Part shown: positions 38,036-47,994 of the stretch, in pieces
How positions within the stretch are numbered: position 1 is the first letter of the stretch
How the letters are laid out: every line of letters begins with the position of its first letter
Assembly: GCA_965223735.1 (NCBI GenBank)
Contig: OZ245010.1
Coordinates: 146,273-210,272 of the forward strand
From: Candidatus Oxydemutatoraceae bacterium
Lineage (GTDB): Bacteria > Pseudomonadota > Gammaproteobacteria > Poriferisulfidales > Oxydemutatoraceae
Reading direction: 5' to 3'
Length of the DNA: 64,000 bases
Program-made: the position numbers and the translations under genes
Notes under the pieces: model-generated
What the model was told of the DNA's origin: nothing
Databases searched by the model: none
What the model saw: the letters and a program-made list of their open reading frames with translations, nothing else

Positions 38036-39514
38036 CTACCGCCCGGTAAATTCCCTGTCCGCCCACGCTGCGGTCGCTCCCGGTGAAATTTCCTGTCGGG
38101 AACGCCGGTCCATAACGACCAGGATCAGGCACGACCAGCATAAGGCATACGGCGCAAATAGGAATCTGCCCACTCTTACTATATTGTCGTTCGGCACCAG
38201 AAGTTGTAGCGTGATAAAAGCTATCAACCCAGCGACAAACAAGACATCGTAAAAAATACCGGAATGCCCTTTCAACGCTTTGGCAATGGCAAATGACGTA
38301 GCCCCGGCAAATGCCAATGCCGTTAAAACACTCAACACTTTCGCTATTGTGTAATGTTTTCCCAATCCGATGGTAAAGAAGCTGTAGAAAAAATCAAGCA
38401 CACGTAAGACCAAAACATACACCCCTTTCAAAATGCTGAGTAGTTCCACGGGGGAGGTCAAGAAGCCAGCACCTACTCTTGAAGGAAGTCCTACTATTGG
38501 CCCTAATAGCAGACTTTCCAATGGCTGGCGTTTTTCTTTCAGATATTCCGCGTACAACGGATCATGCAATATCCACTCGTAAGCGATCATCTTGGTCAAG
38601 ATCCCCAGCGTATAGCAGGCATAAAACCCGATGAAGTAGAACAAAACACACGACAGCGCCTGCTTTGTTCTTTCGGACGTGCGCAGGTGGGGGCCATAAC
38701 CAAAATACGTTATGACCGCGATCAGCGGCATGATGAGAACCGTGTGGCCGTCAAACAGCCACAGGTAATTTGACGCCATGCCCGCGATAAAGCAAAAGAC
38801 GTTAAGCACCCGCGGCGATGCGTGTTTAGCTATCAACACAGTCAGTATGACCGCCGATAGGACCGACCACAGATAGTTCAAGCCGGTGACTATGCTTAAG
38901 TATCGGATGCCTGAGAAGAAAAAACCGAAGACGATCAACGGAGAAAGTATCAGAAACGCCCTCGGGCTGAGTTGCAACAGAAGGATTGCCAGCAGCAAAT
39001 AAGCAAAATAAACGGCGGTTTTTATGAATTCCCGGATTTCAAAGACCGAAAAATAGCGTAGTGCAATCGCATAGACCGCTTTGGTTCCCCACCAATATTG
39101 GGATTTGATCCATAACAGACGTGGTTCGGCGTCTTCCACCGTCATTTTTTTCAGTTTCTGGCAGGGGTCAATGCGGTCAAGGGATTTCGGGGGATGCGCT
39201 ATCTTTATCATTACGGCATCAACAATCAGGTTCTTCGCCTCATTCCGTGCTCCGCCCAATACAGTCTGCGATATTTCGCAGTCATCCCATGGTGCTTTGC
39301 CTCTCAGGTTTTCTATCGGGGAGAACTCCCTGGACAGAGGTATGAATTCAGTCGAATCCGGCAGGTTGCCTTCCTTGTAAGCCGTGTTGAACCGCTGTTT
39401 TGCCAGATCATAAGGGATCTGATTGCCCAGGTAATGCAGAAAACAACACAGCACAATACCCGACACGGCAACTCCGGCATACGTGATAAACGAATTTAAC
39501 AGGGAGCTTCGCAT
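38036..39514 (-). CDS. Polytopic membrane protein, uncharacterised (candidate GtrC/GT-C-like glycosyltransferase)
   Basis: 492 aa. One N-terminal TM is followed by a ~125-aa hydrophilic domain and at least 10 hydrophobic segments. G+C is markedly lower than the surroundings. It lies directly downstream of a GT2 gene on the same strand. The last ~20 codons run into high-GC flanking DNA. Confidence 0.6.
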   Translation of the reverse strand: MRSSLLNSFITYAGVAVSGIVLCCFLHYLGNQIPYDLAKQRFNTAYKEGNLPDSTEFIPLSREFSPIENLRGKAPWDDCEISQTVLGGARNEAKNLIVDAVMIKIAHPPKSLDRIDPCQKLKKMTVEDAEPRLLWIKSQYWWGTKAVYAIALRYFSVFEIREFIKTAVYFAYLLLAILLLQLSPRAFLILSPLIVFGFFFSGIRYLSIVTGLNYLWSVLSAVILTVLIAKHASPRVLNVFCFIAGMASNYLWLFDGHTVLIMPLIAVITYFGYGPHLRTSERTKQALSCVLFYFIGFYACYTLGILTKMIAYEWILHDPLYAEYLKEKRQPLESLLLGPIVGLPSRVGAGFLTSPVELLSILKGVYVLVLRVLDFFYSFFTIGLGKHYTIAKVLSVLTALAFAGATSFAIAKALKGHSGIFYDVLFVAGLIAFITLQLLVPNDNIVRVGRFLFAPYALCWSCLILVVMDRRSRQEISPGATAAWADREFTGR

Positions 39515-39580
39515 TTTCGTTAGCTCTATGCCGCTATACAGGAGTCAGTTTGACGCGGCAGATGGATCAGGAAAAACGCA

Positions 39581-40744
39581 TCAGCCTTTGACTGGTTTCT
39601 GTGTGGAAAGTAAAGTCAGTAGAAAACCGGAAAAAATAATCTGCAGACCGGTGATCAATAACGTAATGGAAGGGATCAAGACACGCGACCTCATTTCATG
39701 ATCGATTTCCACCATTTGCGCCCATATAAAAACACTCCACGCGCTTCCCGCTCCTCCGAGTAGAAGCAAAGTAAAGCCCAGTGAAAGAATCGTTACAAAA
39801 ACACGGTGCTTTTGAAATTTTTCCAGCCATTGAGTTTCATCGGTCAAGCCGATGTTTTCATAAAAAATTTTTGCCAGTAATGAAAAAATAATGATCTGCA
39901 ATCCGCAAGTAAAACTCCCTGATCCGAGCATCAGAGTGTAAAGTCCAAACCTGTTTTCTGAAACGTCCATTAGAGCGATCGTCATTGCCAGGATGCCCGC
40001 GAGGGACAAAATGCAACCCGGGTATAAAAACAACCAGCGGGGAGAGAGTGTCAAAAGCAGGATCAGGTGACGCCACCCGTCCCTCCAGGTTCTCAAGTGC
40101 GAAGAGCGGCTGGGGTCAATTTCAGGGTGCTGCATTACCGGCACCTCGGTGATACGCATGTTTCTCTGGATAGCCTTGACCACCATTTCACTTGCAAGCT
40201 CCATTCCCGGGCACTGCAACGAAAGCGCGCGCACGCTTTTTGCGCTGAACGCGCGTAGTCCGCAATGAAAATCGCCCACCGGAGAGGAAAAAAACAGTTT
40301 TCCGATGCCAGACAGCAGCGGGTTGCCGATGTAACGATGCAAAAATGGCGTCGGGGGGCCTGCAAACGAGGGTGTGAACCGATTGCCGATCACAAAATCA
40401 TAACCGTTTTGCAGTTTCTCCCAAAATGGTTCCAGCGAGCTGAGATCATGCGCTCCGTCAGCGTCTCCCATTATGATGAATTGTCCCCGTGCCATTTCGA
40501 TCCCCGCGATGATGGCTCTACCGTAACCTCTGTCCTCGACGTGAATGACGCGCCCCCCCGCTTCCTTTGCCAATCCGGCTGAGCAGTCGTCACTGTTGTT
40601 GTCGGCTATCAGAATTTCCCCGTGAATTTTATTTCTCTCCAGGAACCGTTGTCCCCGGCGAACACAGTCGGCGATCCCTCCCTGCTCGTTCAGGCAGGGG
40701 ATCAGGATCGTCAGCTCAGGGGATTCAGGAGAAGGCATATTCAT
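39581..40744 (-). CDS. GT2-family polyprenyl-phosphate glycosyltransferase-like protein (GtrB/ArnC/DPM1-like) with 4 C-terminal TM segments
   Basis: Motifs LTILIPCLNE, ILIADNNSDD and IIMGDADGAHD (DxD) are present, with four hydrophobic helices after residue ~270. The start is ATG 40744 or 40738. The ORF call from 40867 adds an implausible N-terminus. Confidence 0.8.
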   Translation of the reverse strand: MNMPSPESPELTILIPCLNEQGGIADCVRRGQRFLERNKIHGEILIADNNSDDCSAGLAKEAGGRVIHVEDRGYGRAIIAGIEMARGQFIIMGDADGAHDLSSLEPFWEKLQNGYDFVIGNRFTPSFAGPPTPFLHRYIGNPLLSGIGKLFFSSPVGDFHCGLRAFSAKSVRALSLQCPGMELASEMVVKAIQRNMRITEVPVMQHPEIDPSRSSHLRTWRDGWRHLILLLTLSPRWLFLYPGCILSLAGILAMTIALMDVSENRFGLYTLMLGSGSFTCGLQIIIFSLLAKIFYENIGLTDETQWLEKFQKHRVFVTILSLGFTLLLLGGAGSAWSVFIWAQMVEIDHEMRSRVLIPSITLLITGLQIIFSGFLLTLLSTQKPVKG

Positions 40745-41106
40745 TCCATTATGAATATAACGTGAATAAACCGGTTGGGGCCTTCCGGATGGTGTCTTTG
40801 TGCCGGGCATATTACTGTTTAATGCTGGGGAGGCGCAACTTTTTTGTACCCTCCTCGCACGCCGCACGCTTATTGAGGTTTAAGGGTAACTGTTTGATTT
40901 TAAGTAACTTTGAGCCGGATGACGACCCAGGGACGCCCTGAAGGGAAGGTGCCGGGGGCAGTTGCGAAGGGAGCGGTCGGGGTCGGAACTTTGCCAAAAT
41001 GCTCCGGTATTGTTAGAATTACGGCCATATCACTTGATCGCAATCAAATTTTCCAGCTGTACAGACTGGTTACCCGGTTGTATGGAAACGATCTTAGGTA
41101 AAAGTC

Positions 41107-42024
41107 TTGATAAAACAAAGGACTCTGAAGAATTCAATCCGTGCAACCGGCGTCGGATTGCATACCGGGAAAAAAGTATATCTCACGTTGCGCCCGGCGG
41201 TTTCCAACACCGGCGTGGTTTTTCGTCGCGTTGATCTTGACGAACCGGTTGATATTCCGGCCCGCGCGGAAAATGTGGTGGATACGATGCTATCCACGAC
41301 GCTCGGCAAAAACGGCGTGCGTGTTTCCACGGTCGAGCATTTGCTGTCGGCGGTTGCGGGCCTCGGCATCGACAATTTGTACGTTGACGTGAGTGCCGAG
41401 GAAGTGCCGATCATGGACGGTAGCGCGGGTCCCTTCGTATTCCTGTTACAGTCTGCAAGTGTTGAAGAGCAGGATGCCCCGAAAAAATTCATCCGCATCA
41501 AAAAGGCCGTCGAGGTCGTTGACGGCGATAAGTGGGCGCGTTTCGTGCCCTCCAAGAGCTTCAAGGTCAGTTTTTCGATTGATTTTGACCATCCGATCTT
41601 CCGCAACCGCCCGCAGATCGTTTCTATCGACTTTTCAAAGACTTCTTTTATCAAGGAAGTCAGTCGCGCGCGTACTTTCGGTTTTCAGAAAGAGTATGAA
41701 AAGCTGCTCGCCGCAAACCTTGCGCTCGGCGGCAGCCTGAACAATGCGATCGTGGTCGATGACCACCGCATTCTGAACGAAGACGGCCTGCGCTATGAAG
41801 ACGAATTTGTCAAGCACAAGGTCCTTGACGTGATCGGAGACATCTATTTGCTCGGCAACAGCCTGATCGGCGCGTTTGAAGGGCATAAGTCGGGACACTG
41901 CCTGAATAATCGATTGCTCAGGAAGCTTCTCAAAGAGACGGCGGCCTGGGAGGAGATCATCTTTGATGGAAGCGAGGAACCCCCTCCGCTCGTTTTCACG
42001 TCGGTCGCTAAAAGCCGTTATTGA
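41107..42024 (+). CDS. lpxC: UDP-3-O-acyl-N-acetylglucosamine deacetylase
   Basis: N-terminus [31 protein letters not shown] is nearly identical to the E. coli LpxC N-terminus. Start codon is TTG. Confidence 0.95.
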   Translation: MIKQRTLKNSIRATGVGLHTGKKVYLTLRPAVSNTGVVFRRVDLDEPVDIPARAENVVDTMLSTTLGKNGVRVSTVEHLLSAVAGLGIDNLYVDVSAEEVPIMDGSAGPFVFLLQSASVEEQDAPKKFIRIKKAVEVVDGDKWARFVPSKSFKVSFSIDFDHPIFRNRPQIVSIDFSKTSFIKEVSRARTFGFQKEYEKLLAANLALGGSLNNAIVVDDHRILNEDGLRYEDEFVKHKVLDVIGDIYLLGNSLIGAFEGHKSGHCLNNRLLRKLLKETAAWEEIIFDGSEEPPPLVFTSVAKSRY

Positions 42025-42070
42025 AGGTGCGCGGGCGCGGCGCTGTTCGCTGCGATGGACGAGGTCACGG

Positions 42071-42376
42071 CTATTTTTCGGCGCCGGGGACCGGAAATCG
42101 AGACGCGCGCACGGTCGCTTTCCTGAATCGGCGTTGCAACTCCGCCCCGAATTCCTCATTCAGTTGCGTCAATATTTCATGCTGCTGGTAATTGATCGGC
42201 GTCGTGAATACGGCGTCGTCGGTAATTAAAGCAACCGATGTCGCGTCGTATCCCCCAACCCAGCAATGTTCTGCGAGGTATTGCGGCAGCCGGCTGCGTG
42301 CGCTGGCGGTCATGCGTTCGAGCAATTGCGCGTGTTGCAACAGGTTTTTGTCAGCGAATGAGTGCAGTTTTTTCAT
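42071..42376 (-). CDS. DUF721/DciA-like small protein
   Basis: 101 aa, on the opposite strand between lpxC and the M23 peptidase/secA. This is the position of the DUF721 gene in Pseudomonas-type synteny as I recall it. The weak sequence impression only allows a tentative call. Confidence 0.5.
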   Translation of the reverse strand: MKKLHSFADKNLLQHAQLLERMTASARSRLPQYLAEHCWVGGYDATSVALITDDAVFTTPINYQQHEILTQLNEEFGAELQRRFRKATVRASRFPVPGAEK

Positions 42377-42587
42377 TGTCTTTGTCGCGGGTTGGTCAGT
42401 TTATACGGCGGTTGTATCAACGTCTGACGGCGTACTGCACGAAGTTATCTACCGAATGGTACGCCGGGCTGCGCAACGGTGGCCGTCGTTGCCGGCGCGC
42501 CGTTCTGGCGCGGCGGCGGGTTCTGCACTTGCAGTGTAAACGTTTGTATGCCGCCGTTGCGACCCGGGCTAAGGCCCTGCCTGTACG

Positions 42588-43583
42588 GTGCGCCGTCTGG
42601 GTGAGGCACCGGTGCGTCGGTCTGTACCGTGGTTCGTGCACCGCCGTCGCCGCCGTGTGCGTACGGTGCATCGTGTATTTGAAAGAGATCGCTGGGCGCT
42701 CTCAGCGGCGCTATCTGCGGATGGCCGCGCCGCGTTCCACTTGGCGTTTGTCGGCGCGTCGGTTGCCGCATTCGTTGTATTCGCGCTGGCGGGGGGCTAT
42801 TTCGTCGGCGCCGAGTGGGGACGTGAGACCTTGCGCGCTCAGTGGCAGGACGAGATCGAGGAGCAGCGACGCCTCCTGTCTGAAGACAGCGCCGTGTGGG
42901 GTGCCGAGCTGGCGTTGCTGACCGGGAAGATCGGCCTGTTTGAAGCGCGCCTGACGCGCCTTGACATTCTCGGCAGTCAATTGGTCGATCTTTACGGTCT
43001 GGATCAGGAGGAGTTCAACTTTTTGAGCGGACCCGGCATCGGCGGCAATGCCGCCGATGGGCACGGTATTGACAGCCTGCGCATGACTTCCCTGATGAAG
43101 GGGCTCGATGCACGCATCAAGGCGCGTGAATTGCAGTTGTCCATCCTCAAGGAAGTGATCGGCAAGGACGAGTTGGCGAAGGAGATGAGGCCGGTGGGCT
43201 GGCCGGTCAGCACGGGAGGCTGGCTGTCTTCCAAATTCGGCTATCGCATCAGCCCGTTCAGCGGGCGGCGCGAGTATCATTCCGGCGTTGATATCGCCGG
43301 CGTTGAGGGCATGCCGATCTATGCGGTTGCCAGCGGCGTTGTGAAGTACGCGCGCAAGTTCAAAAACTACGGCAATCTGGTCGAGATTGATCACGGCAAC
43401 AGTTACAGCACGCGCTACGGCCATAACCAGATCAATCTCGTCACCGAAGGGCAGGTCGTCAAGCAGGGCGACATCATTGCGTTGCTCGGTAACACCGGGC
43501 GCTCCACCGGCCCGCATCTGCACTTTGAAGTTTTGAAAGACAACCGCCAAATCAATCCTCGGAAATATCTTTTTTCGCGCTGA
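42588..43583 (+). CDS. M23-family metallopeptidase with N-terminal TM and coiled coil
   Basis: Motifs HSGVDIAG (HxxxD) and GPHLHFEV (HxH) are present. TM is FHLAFVGASVAAFVVFALAGGYFV. The start is uncertain (GTG 42588 or GTG 42666). Confidence 0.8.
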   Translation: MRRLGEAPVRRSVPWFVHRRRRRVRTVHRVFERDRWALSAALSADGRAAFHLAFVGASVAAFVVFALAGGYFVGAEWGRETLRAQWQDEIEEQRRLLSEDSAVWGAELALLTGKIGLFEARLTRLDILGSQLVDLYGLDQEEFNFLSGPGIGGNAADGHGIDSLRMTSLMKGLDARIKARELQLSILKEVIGKDELAKEMRPVGWPVSTGGWLSSKFGYRISPFSGRREYHSGVDIAGVEGMPIYAVASGVVKYARKFKNYGNLVEIDHGNSYSTRYGHNQINLVTEGQVVKQGDIIALLGNTGRSTGPHLHFEVLKDNRQINPRKYLFSR

Positions 43584-43684
43584 GCCTTTTGGAGCGCTTT
43601 TCCCGCTTTCGAGCAGGTGCCGTAAACAACCGGCGCCGTTTTCGCTACACTATGCGTCGGTTACCCTGATCAACACGTTTCGTC

Positions 43685-46654
43685 ATGGCAAATTTCCTTA
43701 AAAAACTGCTGCCCAGCCGCAACGAGCGGTTGATCAGGCGCTACGCGAAAACGGTTGACGCCGTCAACGCCTTCGAGGACGGCTGTCGCGCTTTGAGCGA
43801 CGCCGAGTTGCGTGCAAAGACCGACGAATTCCGCACCCGCCTGACGCAGGGGGAATCAAAGCAGGCGTTGTTGCCGGAAGCGTTTGCAGTCGTCAGGGAG
43901 GCGGCGGACAGAACGCTCGACATGCGTCACTTTGACGTGCAATTGATCGGCGGCATGGTGCTCAACGACGGCAAGATCGCCGAGATGCGCACCGGCGAAG
44001 GCAAGACGCTGGTCGCAACTCTGCCGACTTATCTCAACGCACTCGACGGCCGGTCGGTGCACGTGATCACGGTCAACGACTATCTCGCCCGGCGCGACGC
44101 CGACTGGATGGGCAAGGTCTATGAGTTTCTCGGTCTCGACGTCGGCGTCATCGTCTCCGACCAGAGCCCCGAAGAACGCAAGGCCGCTTACACCGCCGAT
44201 ATCACCTACGGCACGAACAATGAGTTCGGATTTGATTATCTGCGCGACAATATGGTGTTGATGCCGGAATACCGCGTACAACGCGGCCGCCATTTTGCGA
44301 TCGTTGATGAAGTTGATTCGATCCTGATCGACGAGGCGCGCACTCCGCTGGTCATTTCCGGCCCGGTTGATGATAAGCCCAAGCTGTATCAGCACGTGAA
44401 CAAGGTGGTCGGTCGGTTGAAACCGGCGCTTGAAGAAGACGGCGACGGTGATTACACAACCGAAGAAAAATCCAGGCAGGTGTTTTTGACCGAACAAGGC
44501 CATGAGCGCATTGAGGAACTGCTGGCGGCCGATAAGCTGCTGGTACCCGGGGACAGCCTCTACGATCTGACCAACGTCGGCCTGCTGCATCACGTGAACG
44601 CCGCCTTGAGGGCGCGTGCGCTGTTTCAGAAGAACGTTGACTACCTTGTCCGCAACGGGCAGGTCCTGATCGTCGATGAATTTACCGGGCGGGTGATGTC
44701 AGGGCGACGTTGGTCGGAGGGGCTGCATCAGGCGATCGAGGCGAAGGAGGGGGTGCGCGTACAAAGCGAGAACCAGACGCTTGCCTCAATCACGTTCCAG
44801 AATTATTTCAGGCTTTACGACGCTTTGTCCGGCATGACCGGAACCGCCGACACCGAAGCGTATGAATTCCACGAGATCTACAGTCTCGAGGTCGTGGTCG
44901 TTCCCACGCATAAGAAAATGGTGCGGGAGGATTTCGGCGACCTCGTTTATATCACGGCAAAGGAGAAGTATGACTCGATCATCGCCGACATCCGGGACTG
45001 CATCGGCAGGGGGCAGCCGATATTGGTCGGCACCGCCTCGATCGAGGTGTCTGAGTATCTGTCCGGTCTGCTGGATCAGGAGAAACTCCCCCACCAGGTG
45101 CTGAACGCAAAGCAGCACGAAAGCGAGTCGCGTATCATCGCCAACGCCGGATGCCCGAAAACAGTGACGATTGCAACCAACATGGCCGGGCGCGGCACCG
45201 ACATCGTGCTCGGCGGCTCGCTCGACAATGAACTCGCCGAAATGGGCGATGGCGGTGACGCGGACCAGGTCAAAGTCGACTGGCGCGTGTGCCACGAAGC
45301 GGTGGTCGCGGCGGGCGGATTACACATCATCGGCACTGAACGCCACGAGTCGCGGCGCATCGACAACCAACTGCGCGGGCGCTCCGGGAGGCAGGGTGAT
45401 CCCGGGTCGAGCCGTTTTTATCTGTCGCTGGAAGACAGTCTGATGCGGATCTTTGCCGGCGACAAGGTCAAGTCGATCATGGGCAAGCTCGGCGTACAGC
45501 CCGGTGAAGCGATCGAACATCCGTGGGTGACGCGCGCGATAGAAAACGCGCAGAGCAAAGTCGAAGGACATAACTTTGATATCCGCAAGTCTTTGCTTGA
45601 ATACGATGACGTTGCGAATGAGCAGCGCAAGGTGGTTTATCAGCAGCGCGACGAGTTGCTCGACTCCGACGGCGGCGGCGACAGCATTGAAGTGATCGTG
45701 CCCGACGTGATCGGCGATACCGTTGACCGCTACCTGCCGCTGGACGTGGTCGAGGAGGATTGGGACGTCGAGGAGCTTGAGAAAGTGCTCGAGAAGGATT
45801 TCGCTCTGTCATGCCCGGTCGCGCGATGGCTGAAGGACGGCGGGGGGCTTGAACCGGAAGCAGTGGCTGAGAGAGTCGTTGCGCAGGCGCGTGAAGTGTG
45901 CTGCGCCAAGCAGGATGCGTTCGGCGAGCAGCGGCTGAACCAGATTGAAAAGATCCTGATGTTACAGGTGCTCGACATGCACTGGAAAGAGCATCTCGGG
46001 GCGATGGATTACCTGCGGCAGGGGATCGGTCTGCGCAGTTTTGCACAACGCAATCCTCGTCAGGAATACAAACGCGAGGCATTTGAAATGTTTGAAGCCA
46101 TGTTGCAGCGCGTGCGTTACAGTTTTGTCTCCCGCTTGCTTTCAATGCAGGTGGAAGTGGCGAAGGGGGAGGTCGAGGTCGAACCACCCGCTCAGCCGCG
46201 TGAAGTGGTTTACCGCCACGACCGCGCCGCCGACGTGCTGCACCCGTCCGGTATGGGGGCGGTGGCTGCTGCGGCGCCCGGGGCACCGGCGGAGGCGCCG
46301 GCGGCAGGGGGGCCGGCCTCGCCAGCCCGCCGGTCGGCGGCGCCGTCCCCTGCGCGCAGGGTGGCACAACGCGACGGCAGGAAAGCGCTCAGAAAGGCAT
46401 TCAGGAAAGCGTCAAAGAGGTTGACGACCGAGCAGATGCGCGCGGTGGCTGAGATGATGTCTGCGGGCAAGCCGATGAATGAGGCGATAGCCGCGGTTGC
46501 CGGCGAGACGGCGGAGGGGCAGGGCGGCGGGCAACCTCCGGCGGGCGAGGTTCTTCGGACGGTGCGTCGCAGCGGACCGAAGATCGGTCGCAACGACCCG
46601 TGCCATTGCGGGTCGGGCAGAAAGTATAAGCAATGCCATGGCAAAAGCGCCTGA
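43685..46654 (+). CDS. secA: Preprotein translocase ATPase SecA
   Basis: MRTGEGKTL Walker A, the [19 protein letters not shown]-type motif, [10 protein letters not shown] and the C-terminal zinc motif [14 protein letters not shown] are present. The C-terminal linker is unusually long and rich in Ala, Pro and Arg. Confidence 0.95.
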   Translation: MANFLKKLLPSRNERLIRRYAKTVDAVNAFEDGCRALSDAELRAKTDEFRTRLTQGESKQALLPEAFAVVREAADRTLDMRHFDVQLIGGMVLNDGKIAEMRTGEGKTLVATLPTYLNALDGRSVHVITVNDYLARRDADWMGKVYEFLGLDVGVIVSDQSPEERKAAYTADITYGTNNEFGFDYLRDNMVLMPEYRVQRGRHFAIVDEVDSILIDEARTPLVISGPVDDKPKLYQHVNKVVGRLKPALEEDGDGDYTTEEKSRQVFLTEQGHERIEELLAADKLLVPGDSLYDLTNVGLLHHVNAALRARALFQKNVDYLVRNGQVLIVDEFTGRVMSGRRWSEGLHQAIEAKEGVRVQSENQTLASITFQNYFRLYDALSGMTGTADTEAYEFHEIYSLEVVVVPTHKKMVREDFGDLVYITAKEKYDSIIADIRDCIGRGQPILVGTASIEVSEYLSGLLDQEKLPHQVLNAKQHESESRIIANAGCPKTVTIATNMAGRGTDIVLGGSLDNELAEMGDGGDADQVKVDWRVCHEAVVAAGGLHIIGTERHESRRIDNQLRGRSGRQGDPGSSRFYLSLEDSLMRIFAGDKVKSIMGKLGVQPGEAIEHPWVTRAIENAQSKVEGHNFDIRKSLLEYDDVANEQRKVVYQQRDELLDSDGGGDSIEVIVPDVIGDTVDRYLPLDVVEEDWDVEELEKVLEKDFALSCPVARWLKDGGGLEPEAVAERVVAQAREVCCAKQDAFGEQRLNQIEKILMLQVLDMHWKEHLGAMDYLRQGIGLRSFAQRNPRQEYKREAFEMFEAMLQRVRYSFVSRLLSMQVEVAKGEVEVEPPAQPREVVYRHDRAADVLHPSGMGAVAAAAPGAPAEAPAAGGPASPARRSAAPSPARRVAQRDGRKALRKAFRKASKRLTTEQMRAVAEMMSAGKPMNEAIAAVAGETAEGQGGGQPPAGEVLRTVRRSGPKIGRNDPCHCGSGRKYKQCHGKSA

Positions 46655-47867
46655 CCCGAAGATACTCGGGACGCAGCCGTTGCCCGTCGCCGGCGTCAGG
46701 CTCGCGGCGGGCGCCGCGGATTTGCGCTATATACAACGCGACGACGTTGCACTGATCGAGTTGTGTGAAGGTGCGACGGCGGTCGGCGTGTTTACGCGCA
46801 ACCGTTTCAAGGCCGCTCCCGTGATTGTCGCGCAGGCGCATTTGGCTGAATGTCCGCCACGTTATCTGCTGATCAACGCCGGCATCGCCAATGCCGGTAC
46901 CGGTGCGCAGGGGATTGCCGACGCGGAACGCTGTTGCAGTGCATTGGCGGCGTTCGGCGGAGTGCTGCCCGAAGCGGTGCTGCCGTTCTCAACTGGCGTC
47001 ATCGGCAGCCGCCTGCCGGCCGACAAGATCGAGGCCGTGTTGCCCGGTCTGCTGGCGGCTTTGTCCGAAGACGGCTGGCGCAACACGGCGCGCGCGATGA
47101 TGACTACGGATACCCGGCCGAAATTGGAGGGGGTCTCGCGCGTGTGCGGCGACGGCGGTTCACCGGTGACGATCACCGGCGCCGCCAAAGGCGCCGGCAT
47201 GATCCGCCCCGACATGGCGACAATGCTGGCGTTCATTGCGACCGACGTTCAATTGTCCGGCGCCGCTGCGCGGCGTCTGCTCGCCGATGCCTGCGAGACC
47301 TCGTTCAATGCGATCACCGTCGATGGCGATACTTCGACCAACGATGCATGCATGTTGCTCGCAAGCGGGCGTTCGGGTGTTCAATTTTCAGCGCTAGACG
47401 AGGATGGGCGTGCGGCGTTCGCCGCCGCGTTGTTACAGGTGATGCAGGGGCTCGCGCAGTCGATCGTCAAAGACGCCGAGGGCGCGTCGCGGTTCGTCAC
47501 GATCAAGGTTGAAGACGCGGCTGACACGGAAGCGGCGCGTGCCGTTGCGATGACGGTGGCGAATTCGCCGCTGGTCAAGACCGCGCTGTCGGTGGGCGAC
47601 CCGAACTGGGGCAGAGTGCTCGCCGCAATCGGGCGGGCGCCGGCAGACGTCGATATGGACAACGTGGACTTTTACTTTGGCGACCATCAGGTCGTGTCGG
47701 GCGGTGCATTGGACGCCGCCTACACCGAACAGCGGGGGCTGGAGGCGCTGGCCGGCGACGAGATCCTGATCCGTATTGCACTCGGCATGGGGGATGCGTC
47801 GGCACAGGTGTGGACGTCGGACCTGACCGCTGATTACGTCAGGATCAACGCTGACTACCGTTCCTGA
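46638..47867 (+). CDS. argJ: Bifunctional glutamate N-acetyltransferase / amino-acid acetyltransferase ArgJ
   Basis: [20 protein letters not shown] carries the autoprocessing Thr motif. ATG 46638 lies 17 nt inside the secA 3' end. The ORF call from 46497 is an upstream extension. Confidence 0.9.
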   Translation: MAKAPDPKILGTQPLPVAGVRLAAGAADLRYIQRDDVALIELCEGATAVGVFTRNRFKAAPVIVAQAHLAECPPRYLLINAGIANAGTGAQGIADAERCCSALAAFGGVLPEAVLPFSTGVIGSRLPADKIEAVLPGLLAALSEDGWRNTARAMMTTDTRPKLEGVSRVCGDGGSPVTITGAAKGAGMIRPDMATMLAFIATDVQLSGAAARRLLADACETSFNAITVDGDTSTNDACMLLASGRSGVQFSALDEDGRAAFAAALLQVMQGLAQSIVKDAEGASRFVTIKVEDAADTEAARAVAMTVANSPLVKTALSVGDPNWGRVLAAIGRAPADVDMDNVDFYFGDHQVVSGGALDAAYTEQRGLEALAGDEILIRIALGMGDASAQVWTSDLTADYVRINADYRS

Positions 47868-47994
47868 ACAAAGAGCAGCGGACGCGGGTGTGATTTTGTT
47901 CCGTTGGCGCTTTTTCGCCCGGCATCGTGTTTCTGAATGAGGAGCGGTGAACGAGGTTCATGGCCCGCCGGGCGGCTGTTGAACGTTTCCGAAA

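Noticed and set aside
37923-38252. 109-aa plus-strand ORF in the ftsZ-downstream spacer
   Set aside because: It has no RBS and an implausible sequence, and its 3' half is antisense to the polytopic membrane protein gene.
42238-42921. 227-aa plus-strand ORF spanning the DUF721/M23 intergenic region
   Set aside because: It is antisense to the DUF721-like gene and out of frame with the M23 peptidase. It is Arg/Cys-rich with no motif.
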